Positions 13,100 through 25,000 of a stretch of DNA of 64,000 nt are shown piece by piece. The position numbers were made by a program, and so were the translations under genes. The stretch spans positions 18,788,001 through 18,852,000 of the forward strand of contig OZ076409.1 of the NCBI GenBank assembly GCA_964187785.1. The letters are read 5' to 3'. The notes beneath the pieces are model-generated. The model was not told the origin of the DNA. It worked only from the letters and a program-made list of their open reading frames with translations, and ran no database searches. How positions within the stretch are numbered: position 1 is the first letter of the stretch; each line of letters opens with the position of its first letter. Source of the DNA: Amphiscolops sp. MND2022 (taxonomy: Eukaryota).

Positions 13100-16000
13100 C
13101 TGTAAACAACTCGCAGGGATGATGAACAGAATATTTGATTTAATGCAAGAATCATGTATAATTCTTTCCGAATCTTAAAAGTGAATACAAATTTTTGCAA
13201 AATGCTGACAGAATTGTGCATGATACATGGATGCGCTCAGTGAGATAAATAATGAACTCAAAAACTATAACTAGTTTAAACAGTCTTTGAAAAGTGGTGT
13301 AGTCACATTGACAAAGCATACAGAATTTTGCAAAAAAACCAATGAAAATTGATTATCAGCCGGAAACTGACCCTGAAACTGCCTCTCAATGTACTCCTTG
13401 AGCCCTGCAGCGTCTGTGTTGACAGTGGAGTCCGTCAAATCCTGTGCGTCGTTGTTGATCTCACTTCTGGTCTTGCAGATGAGAGTGAAGCCACTTCCAT
13501 ATTTGGACTTGAGATGTTGCAGACTGCCGAGACACTGGAACCTTCCGTTCACCATCACCACCATCCGCGTACACAGTGCCTCACATTCTTCCATGCTTGA
13601 AACATACAAACTCTAGTCTCGTTTTTAGTCGACTTTTTATTATTCGGCGCTTTTTGTGCAACAAAAAATGCCCGACTCTGACAGTGACTAGATTCTTTTC
13701 TTTCCTTTTCTACAGACCACAGACCTCACAGTGAAAGGTCCACTTCCTACAGAATTTCTCTAGGCCGTTCTTCCTACCTTACTAGCAAGCAATCTCTGCT
13801 GCTTCCAAAGGGTACCGCCTGTGGTTACCATAGTTTTTAAAGCTTTTGTCGTTACTAGATAGACAAATCCGAAAGTTTTACTGTTTTATCGGCATTGTGA
13901 AGCTTTTTTCCCAAATTTTCTTGCTGTCGCCAAAGGGTCCCCTCTTTGATTGTTATTCTTAAAAAGATGACCGTTATAGTAAAGCTATGCCTCAGCGGGA
14001 TATAGTCGGCAAAAAACCTGCTTCCGTTTCTGAATCTTGTTTCGAGAATCATTCAATTTCTCGATCTCTCAACAGCGAGATGAAAATTTCTGGCTCTTAT
14101 CCAACCAGAAAGTTAAGTTTTGCCCAAACAATAACCAAAGGCCTCGAATACATACAAACTTTGACCACTATGTAAAAGCTCTCTGTATACATGTACTATT
14201 GATTTACTGCGTCGCTGATGATAATTACTATTTATGAATTACAGAATTTTTATAAGATTCCTTATATAGAACAGTATTGTTCAATGCGATTCCAATTGAA
14301 ATCATGAGATCTCACCAAACTATGCGAATCCACTTGAAACTATATTCTATGCAAAACCATATCGCTTTTGTGTATGGGGACACGGATAATAAAAATCCTC
14401 CACCATGTCAATTTGAAACCATGAAACTACAGCTTCAAGTCGGCCATTGCTTGACCACGTTGCTGCACAATTGGTACCATAGCTTGTTAGATAGTATTCG
14501 AAAGGGCGCAAAGTTTTCACCCACGCTGAATGAGCATTTCGCTTTTTCAAGTCGGCGCCATATATGGATCAACTTTGATGATACCAGAAGGTTGCAAGTA
14601 TGAAATTGTAGAGAAGTTTGATGAACTGAGACATCTTTATCCTTGCTTCAGGTATTTTTTCTTTTGTCAAAAACTGCCCTCATGATCTTTTTATGATGCC
14701 CTCATGATTTTATTCTTGATGTGGTGAAATGAGAACCGAAAGAGCCAATTTTTGTCTTTGAATTTTTCTATTAGATTTTTCACACATTTTGTCCAAAAAC
14801 AGTCGAGGAATCTCCATGCGTTTTCAAAACATTTTTATTTGACGAAAAGTTGGACCAGTTTGACCCTTACTGATACAGTTTCGAAGAATCTTTCTCAAAC
14901 TTAGTTTGTAACCCGTTTTTGCTAATCATATTCATTGATTTGACAACTTTGTAAACACTAATCTTGTCTTTCAAAAATATATCTCTAAATTACCAAATAC
15001 CTTCCAGAGAGAAATGACAATTAATAACCACTGAACCAAATATTACCGAATCAGTGAAATCTTTCGGTCATGAAGACTTTTCTCTAAATAGGAGTATTTT
15101 GGAAACTATTCCTCAGTGAAATTTCATTTTCTGCAAATTTTGCCATGTTGCAACTTTTCACTGACAAAATCAGGTAGCACTCAGGTAAATTTTCACATGT
15201 AGCATAAGCATTGTCGCAATTCTGTTGCTCATAAAGACTGGACAAAACTTGAAGTCTCATTGTCCGAAGGAAACTGTCTCATGGTGAAGTTTCTTGCTTG
15301 TATCAAAAAGTAATGATTGAATGTTTTGCTAAAGGCAAAAACCTTTTGTCGTCGCCTTTGAAACTGAATAAACCTTAATCAGTTGAATTCACAAATACCG
15401 TTGAAGTTGAAAGCAAAAAAGCAAATACATAAAATAAGGCGAAGACAATGATAGTGCAAATGATAACCAGAAAGACTCTACAATACAAAAATCATAAAGA
15501 ACTTCTTTGTGATTTTAACTCACCTAGTTGGCTGGCTGATTTTGACGCTTTCATTTTTTGTACGTGGTCATTCGGTCTATTCATATTGAGCCTTTTTTGA
15601 ATACTGACTATTGTTCTTTACAATTTTCGTCACTATTCTTTACAAATACTTGCATTGTTTAATTTGACTAATTGGTAAGAGAATCTTTTCATTTATTGAA
15701 ATGAATATTTCTCTTCGATGCACCACAAAATAGCCTATTTCTAAGTGTAACAAAATGGTCGATTGTGAAAGAATCTTTCTATTGAGTTAATTGCTCCAAT
15801 TTTTTTCCGAATTTGGCGTTCCTAATAATTTAGCTAGAACAGATATTATCTCTTTTCTCAGAGACGTTTTTATCTCTTCTAAGTTTTCAGGTTGTATTTT
15901 AGGAGATTTACTAGGGCCTGCTGTTACGCTTTCTTTCGGGTTGATTGTTTTCTACTGTAGAAGTTTCAATCTCTCCAGAAACTAGCTCAACTACTGCCTT

Positions 16001-19000
16001 TCTTTTCTGACTTCTAGTTGTCATTTTTCTGGTTGAAAATTAGAGTCTTCGGCAAAGAGTGAATTCTTCGAAGAAAAGGAGGTTTACGTCTGAACAACGA
16101 AACAATTGAACACAAAAAGCATTTTACAAGATTAACTGAAATTACATGTTGGCTCAAACTATATATACCTTCCCAGCATCAGTTGTTCCCAATTCCAATC
16201 TAGACAACTTTAAACCCTGAAGGCTTTTATTCCGTTCCATCAACGTCATCATTTTTGCTTGTCATACTTTTGTTTGGAATTGTAGATTTTCCCAACTTGG
16301 GAATTGACTCAAATTTCGTCAAACACTATAAGTTGATTCCCAAGTTGGGAAAATCTACAATTCCAAACAAAAGTATGACAAGCAAAAATGATGACGTTGA
16401 TGGAACGGAATAAATGCATTGAGGTTTTAAAATTGTCGAGATTGGAATCGGGGGGAACAAACGATGCTAGAATTAACAAGATTACATGGCATAGAACACA
16501 AAACACTACAAGACTGTAGTAATCAACAAATTTCATACGTTGCCTGAATATTGTTTGCATATTCAGTCAATTCTACACAAATTAAAATAGGGAATAGCAC
16601 AGCAGCAACAGAAAAAAATACATTCTGAACATCTTGCAAAATCAATGAGTTAACTCAATCTTTGGAGAACAGGAACAATGGGAAACTTTACGTTGCTTTT
16701 AGTATGTTTCTTATATAAAGTGGCAAACGCCGTATATTGTCATTCCCTAAAAGATTATTTGCAACGTAAGATCAAGATCAACGTAAACTCCTTATTACAA
16801 GTGTAATACTGGTTTGATATTCATCATTAAAGGCAAGGCTTTCTAATCCTTTCTTACAGTACAGTTTTCCCTGGAATAAGACTAGTCCTAAAAGAAAATA
16901 CTTGAAGCATCAAAATTCGAAGGAATCTCATTCGAAAATCCTCTGAATTTTTAATTCATAGTTTCAATTTTATAATTCAATCCGTAGATGCTCCGTAAGT
17001 ATTAAGAATAGACAGATTCTTACAATTCGCTCCGTAGTCACTCCGTATGTATTAATATCAGGCATAGCTGAGCGGTAGCCGACGGAGTTATTGCAGAGCG
17101 CGTCGGCGTTCAATCTCTTTCTCCTAGCTGGTCGGCGTTGCTATGGTGACATTCTTATTAAATTAAGCTTGCGTCCTATTGGAATGCGCTCAAATAACTT
17201 AGCTAAAGGGCGACAATATTGGTTCGTATAAATAGAAACACCAGCTACTAGCTGAACGGAATGACGCTGTCATTACGTTGTAATTATTTGCTTAAATTAC
17301 ATGACTGTACTTTAAGTGAATTGTGACAACTACATTAACTTTTGGAAAAGGATCCACTATATTTTCTTGTATGTTTTTTCATTTTAGATTGTATGGATTC
17401 CGCTATAATTACGGAGTTTATCTTTGATCCTGATTTTTTCATTTCAGGGTGGAAAAAAACTAATTTCTTGTAACACAATTTGTCTCTGTTTTGCTAATTA
17501 GATCTGCATGTGAATTTCAGAAGATGAGACCGGAAATAAAATAATCACGTGTAAAAAGTTAGACCGGAAGTTTTAGCTATATCGAAATCCTCTCCTAAGT
17601 TGCTTCGTATTGCTTACGTAGATTTTGTTATTCGAGAAAATTACCTGCAAATAGTTTGCCTGTACTGTAAGTAGGATTTAACTAAAGTTTTTAATACTTG
17701 TTGTATCCTCTTCCGTGTCCTCTCCCGAAACCTGGTATGCCAAAACAGCAAGTAAAAGTGCCACCGGGAGCGGGTCGGGACATTCAGCACAGCATTTCCT
17801 GACCTGTTAGATAGATAGGATTTTTGGGACATTAGAACCGATTTGTAGAATTTCAAGGTTTAAAAACGCTAATTTTAGATGATAATCGGGTTCTAATCAT
17901 TTAATCTTTTGGTTAAAATGACCCAGGTTATAGATCTGATTCCTGATTTTTCAGTAGTTAATTTCAATGATTCAGCGTCTATTTTGGTCAATTTTTAGGT
18001 CTTTCTCACTGATTTTAGTCGAAAATGCAGTTTTTCATGATTTTCAGGTGCATTGAGACCCAAATATGTATCTCACGATCTGAGTGGCTCCCTAAAACTA
18101 CAGCATAAGGGCTCTGTAACCAATTTGTGAACTTTGTTTCAGGAGGTTGCCATAGCCCACATCTCCATTTCCAATCTCGGCTGGGGCCCAGGTTGACCTC
18201 ATACTCAGAAATTGTGAATCATTGTTTGTCAAAGTTCGATCATGTTGAAAAATCATAGTATGATCATCATATGGTCACAGTATGGGTCATATATGACTAG
18301 CATGGCAACGATTATGGTCATAGTATGAGTAACCATGTTCGAAATTTTTCAAAAATTCGAAGTCCTCTTAGCGGTGAAATTTGAAATTCGGAACACATCA
18401 AAACGTGACTCATTTGTTTTTTCTAGCTATGAAACATGATCGATCATAGTATGGTCATATGAAACATGGTCGCCATTGTAGGGTATTGGAAATAGCCATG
18501 ATCATTGTATGATCATGCTGTGATCATAGCATGGTGAGTATGATTGGTCAACCTGGGCTGGTCGGCATTCGTCAAAACGAGCGACCAATCAAGTAAGTAC
18601 AAGTCGCTCCGCTTCGCTTTGCTTCGCTTAGCTTCGCTCATGCACGTATGGCACTGTACTCAATTTGGCACTATACACATGTATATTTAGGCGTGTCGCC
18701 ATAGCTGATCAGGTTTTGTTAGTCGGCGCTTCATGAAGTGAAACGCGACTATACTAGTGGGTCTTTTTTTAATCCACACGAACTGACCAAAATAGTTCTA
18801 CAAAGTTCTACAAAGTTCTACGAAACTTTGAGACGCCAAATTGGCACAAGGAACTGAAATATGAAAATTGTTCCTTTTTTCTGCGTAACATACAAACCGG
18901 GCGAGACTAAAGGGCACCTTTTCAGTTTTTTTTGGAATTGTGAGACTTTTCCGAAAAAATGTTTTTCCCCTCAATTTTTTGATGTTTTGCGGTCCAACTT

Positions 19001-22000
19001 TTGAGTTTTTTGGGTATTGTAGAAGAGAATACGTGACACTTTGAAGTCCTTCTGCTATTTTCGAGCCTTGGACATTGCTTATGCAGCTCCCGACTTACGC
19101 CGTTTCCGGCTTGTTAAATTTCAAAATTGACTGAATTTTAACAATTACATAACCGATCATTTTGTTATGCCTAAGATCTGGTCTTTTTGTGGCGTCCCTG
19201 ATGTGTAGAGGGACACAATAATTAAGATAAAAGATTCTTAATTATTTTTGAGGAAATTAATTTTTATGGTAGTTGAAGCAGTTGTTGTTATTGGAAGCCA
19301 ATGTGATAAATCTTTGGTTTTCAAATGGTAGGTGTATGGTGATTTTGACATTTTGTGTAAAGTTTGAAAGATCTAGAATTCGATCTTGAGTCTCTTCGAA
19401 GATCTTGAAATGCTTCATTACCGCCCATATCCCATATGGAAAAAGAAACTAACCTCTCGAACGAGTTTTGCTTTCAAATTTGGCCATTAGCAATTTTTTA
19501 CTACAGAAATTGAGGTTTTTCCTCAATTGATTTCCTGAACAGATGAGGACAGCAAATTAGGTCCGTTACATGTATCCATGAAATGATTTAAATTTTTGAA
19601 TAAAAGTGCCTGAATTGAAAAAAGCTTTTTTTGAGGCATTTTGGGACGTTTTATGTATTTTACACTGTGATTAATGGTTCGATCAATTTATAGGCGAACT
19701 TACGGTTTCTACGAACTTTGGTGGGATGATTTGCGAAATTTCGGGCTGGAATTAGAATACTTTGTCTGCGTAACTATGTTTGATGCTTTTCTTCAAAAGT
19801 TTCAAGTGACCAGAGTTTGCAATAAATTGCATCCTAATATTTTGAAACATGAAACTTTTACCATGTTTTTATACACTTACTACACTTTTATGATTGAATG
19901 AAAATGATGATAAAAATGTCATTATTTATTTTCAAGTTCTTCATCGATAATTCGAAATTGATCGCTTCAATCAAAAACAATTCTTGTCAGGTGTTTTTCC
20001 CAACATTATTTGGCTTTACCATGTTTTGAATGGAGGGAGGAAAAAACAAGAAGGTGATTGCCAGAAGGTTCAAGTTGATTGTTTCAATTTGTTTATAGTT
20101 TATAGTTGCTACATGCTTATAGCCGCCTACCTGTGAGAAGTGATGACGATAGACCTTCCGTCCTCGCGCACCCTGGAGAGGACGTTCCACAGACGGCGTC
20201 TGGTTACGGGGTCCATGCCGCTAGAGGGCTCGTCCAGAAACACGACGGGAGGGGAGCCCATCAACGCGATTGCAGTGCTGATCTTACGCTTGTTGCCTCC
20301 ACTGAAATGCATCATCCCGAATATAGGAAAACTCGTCGAAAACAACTCGCCGAAAACAACTGGTCGAAAATACTAGGCGGAAAACTCGTCGAAAAACAAC
20401 TCGCCGAAATTTCTCCGGCGGAAAACTCGTCGCAAGAACAGATAATAATCTCAGGCAAATATAGTCCTAAATTATTATGAAGTACTGCACTGTAAACTAT
20501 AAAGTGAAACATTTCAAGCAATTATATAATTAAAAAGCTATTGTAGCAATGCGCTATTTCTAATTTAGTTCATTTTCCCAACAGAGGAAATTGACTCAGA
20601 GACATAATAATTTCCAAAGCGGAATTATTAGAGCATTTTAATTTCTAAGCGAATAGCAACGCGCTAAAAGGAAATTGCAATTCCCAAATTCCTTTAATGC
20701 TCAGCCAATAGGAAAAAGCCACGCGACAGTAGAACTGTCCTGAGCTGGAAAGAGAAATACAGGTACCCATTCCAACGCGGAACACTGAGAATTCACTCGC
20801 TCTCTTCTCTTCTCTTTCTTTCCTTACTTTGCTCTCTGACTTAAAACTCTCCCTTAAATTCAGCTGACAAAGAGTCCTGAATTTTAACTTAGAAATATTC
20901 TAAAGTCTGAAAAGCTCGACTTAGAAAATTATTCTATCTTATAAACACCCCACTTCTAATTTACCTTCACTTTATAACAATTTTTTGAGACTTATTGCAA
21001 AGTTAGAAAGCGAGTCCTAAGTAACTAAAATCACCGGTTTACAACATCTGGTGCGGCCAGAGCAAAGAACAAAATCACTCCGCAATTTGTACGACCATAA
21101 AACCGAGCGTACAAAATAAATCTCTTTTCCCTGTGGTGGGTCCTATTTTGCAAAACTGAAATATTTAAAGCAAATATTTCTGAGAAAATTCAAATTCTTG
21201 TTTTTGCAACACTTAGTATCTAAAGCAGATACTAAACAAAATTTCAATTTTTGCAACATTTAGTAATCTAAAGCAGATACTAAACAAAATTCATACTCTT
21301 GGTACTGAGTCTAAACAGTATCCACTAACGCTAACTTCGGTATTAGCGTGTGCGGGTTCCGTGGAAGAAATTTATTTCTGACACACGAGTGTTCCTTAAA
21401 TTGCACGATCCCAGCGAGGTTTCGCAAGAAATTGGAAAGTCCATATTTCACCTCGCCTGCTGCCTTGGAATCTAGCATTCCGTGTTAAGGCTTAAATACG
21501 CAGAAACTGTCCGTTTCAAAGGAGCAACAAAACTCCAAAAATATATATTTGCGAAAGGATCAAAGAGATTCCTTTGTGAACAATTTCTATATGTGTCTTG
21601 GAGCAAAGATACTTCTACACAAAAAACCAGTCTGTTATTGCCAGAAATAATAACAAAATTGTAAATTGTGAAAAAAAGGAGCAAAATAAACGTGATTAAA
21701 TAGACAAATGGCAAACACTGTAGCGTACCCTGACTTAGCATTAGAAAAATTCATTGGAATTGACTCAAGTGAAGATTCAACTGCCTTTATTCGTTTGTTA
21801 GAAAAGAAAATCAGCTTCTCGCTAGGAAGTAGACCTACGGCAAATGAGAACGGCCAACAAACCATTTATGACGACCGTAGAAAAGCACTTTTTGGATCAG
21901 TCCTACGCGGACCTGCGGCTGAGTGGTTTGATTCACTAGACGCTGCGTTAACAAGGGAAGAAATGAAAACACAGTTCATAAACAGGTTCACGGACGGAAA

Positions 22001-25000
22001 AATGCAATATAGATTCCGAATTGAGGCCGAGAATCTGAAAAGACAGCCTGATGAAAATATGGAAAGTTACATCCACAGAATAAAAACGTTGGTAGACAAA
22101 GGCTGGCCAACACCGTCAAATGCGAAAACAAGAGGCTATCACAGCATGCGAAAATCAGAGAATTGGGAAGTACAAAGACTACTTCATAAAAGGCTTAATG
22201 CCCCCGGGTCTTAAACAGAAAGCCCATCAAGCAATGATTGAAGATCCCAACAAATCATGGGACGCTTTACAGGCTCTTATCATAAATAAAGATATGAGTT
22301 TAGTTGTGAGTGCCGAAATGTCCGGCTTGCAACCTTCAAGTTCCCAAACTTTAACAGGGACAATGGACGCCCGTTTCACTAACATTGAATGAAATCACCA
22401 ACATGGTGAAAAATCATCAAATCAATGCTACCTATGACCCGAACAACCCAAAAATGAAACAAGACCTTACTAGATTTTGCAACTATTGCAAAAAATCCGG
22501 ACACACAATCAAGTACTGTTGGACCTTGAAAAAGAAGAAAGAAAACGAGGAAAAACCTCCTCCCCAACCAAAAGAAACATATGCGCAAAACTATCCAAGT
22601 CGACCCAAGTCTCCGAATAATAACACATCACAATCGGACAATCGGTCCAACGGCCAAAGAGGCAGAAGTAATAGTCCTTATGTTTCAAATGGCTATCGAA
22701 GCAGAAGTAACAGCTACTCTGGAGCTGTTCGGTTCGAAGCAAGGCCTGACAAGGTGAATTCTTTGTATGACACTCTGCAGTCATGCAATCCTTTAAACTA
22801 ATCAAGTCTCCGAATCAACAAAGTGAGGAATCAAATGAAACCCCTCACATTCCAACTGCTGGAACGTCCGGCCAACATTTTTATATAGAATTATTTCAAT
22901 ACGCCGTCGGAGACAAAAATAAAAATAATGGCCTTAGCACCCAATTTCTCATAGATACTGGCGCAACGTGCTCCATTATCAACCGTGAGACATTCACTGA
23001 GATTAACAAAATTCAGCCTTTAAATGTAACGCCTCTCGAGAAATCGCCTTTAGCTGCTAATGGACACGCAATGCCAATGAAAGGGAAAACTATTATTCAG
23101 TCTGCGTTTGACGTAGAATATTCTTGTGTGATCGAACACACTGTTTATGTGTCTGATTCCCCCGAGGCGAGAATGAACATTCTTGGAATGGATTTTTTGG
23201 CAAATTTTGGTGAATTCATTAACTTGAGAAATCCAATGCTAATTTTAACGGTCTTCCCCGGCAAATGTGTTAAACTGTCACCTTATTTAGACAAGCCTTT
23301 ACCCTACTTCTCCCAGGTTAATTCAGTAGAATTGACTCAAGACATTACAATTGCACCGTATTCGACCCGAGTTTTGAGTTTAATTGCTAGAGATGAAGAT
23401 AAACATTTGTTCAAACAGGGAACAAGTTTCCGTTTACACCAAGACATTTTAGATACTGGCATTTACACGTATCACGTGTATTGCTCACAAGACGAGTCGA
23501 AATATCCTTTAATGCTGAACAATCCGAACCCGAATAGTATTACTATTCGTAAAGGAATTCTTGGATACACATTGCTCGACAGCGTCCAAGAGACCTCGCA
23601 ATTGATGAGTGTCGTTGACAATGTCGCTTTCATTGAGTATCTCAAAACTTCTGAGTCTCAATGGAACAAGGATTTACACGTTTGTTCGACCGAACCGTAT
23701 ATTTATTCCTTAACGGAAATTGATTCACGGAAACAAATGGCCGAAAGCGCTATTTCGCAAAATGAACTGGCTACTGATTTCTCCAATGAGGTGAAATCAT
23801 TACAACCGAAAATGCCCAAAATTGCTTTCGATATTAAAAGGAAACAACTCGACGATGAATTTTACGCCGAGTTTAGTCCCGCCGAACGCAACTTTTTAGA
23901 AAAGTTCGACTTTTCTGAATCTGATATAAATGACCGTGAATTACAACATCTTCTCCGAGTTTTAGTTGAAAACAATGACGTGTTTTCAAAATTTACTTAT
24001 GATGTTGGAAAAATCACACAAGCATTTCATGTACAATTGAAGAAAAACGCCGAATTACGAAAACAAAGGCCCTCAAAAGTCCCTCTGCACTACAGAGACC
24101 GACTTGAAATTCTTCTGAATGAACTGCAACGAGCTGGAATCATTCGAGAAATGGGAAATGATGTGGAAATGGGTTCCCTATTCACAAACCCTATCATCAT
24201 TTTACCAAAAGGAGATACCGTGAAGCTTGTGATTGACGCACGTTATCTTAACTCAATCACTGACTTGACTAACTACTCATGGCCCCTTGAACCAGTACAA
24301 ATGTTACTGACACGACTTGATGGAGTTTATTACACAACGAGTGATTTAGCTTCCGCCTATAACCAAGTACCCCTCACCGAGGATACGAAGAAGTTGACAA
24401 GCTTTATTGTTGGTGGAAAACAGTACATGTTCGAACGAGGATTCTATGGTCTTTGCGGACTACCAAACTTCTTCAGTCGGATAATGACTATTCATTTCGC
24501 TGAAATGATAGCCAAGAAACAAGTGATAACATATATTGATGATGTTATCTTACAGGGAAAAACCAAACAAGAAATGTGGAATAATTTGGATTCATACTTC
24601 AAGTGCTTGAGATCATCAGGTCTGAAAGCTGCACCGAACAAAACAAAACTGTTCTTGAGGAAAGTTCAGTTTCTTGGACACATTGTTTCCGACAAAGGAA
24701 TCCAGCCAGTAGCCAAAAAGGTACAAGATTTGAAAAACCTGAAAAGCCCTGAGAACAAAAGAGATGTAATGCGCATCTTAGGAAGTTTAGGTTTCTACAG
24801 CACTGTCGAGCCCCACTGTGTGGGCCGGCTTTGAAGGACCTTTCGAAGTTGATTGTCGGTTTTCGGTGTCTGCCTTACTTATGACAGCCATCATTAAGTC
24901 CTTCAGTTGACTAAACTCATTTTGTAACTCGTTTATCTTTCTTTCATAACTCTCTTTTATTTCAGACAACTGAGACGAGATATCAGAAGTTTCGTTACTA

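Noticed and set aside
14000..16100. Possible decayed coding sequence in the ABCA intron
   Set aside because: Many stops in all frames and no family motif recognised.
23310..23580. dUTPase-like domain between protease and RT (also 39550-39800)
   Set aside because: Beta-rich spacer but the conserved dUTPase motifs are not visible.
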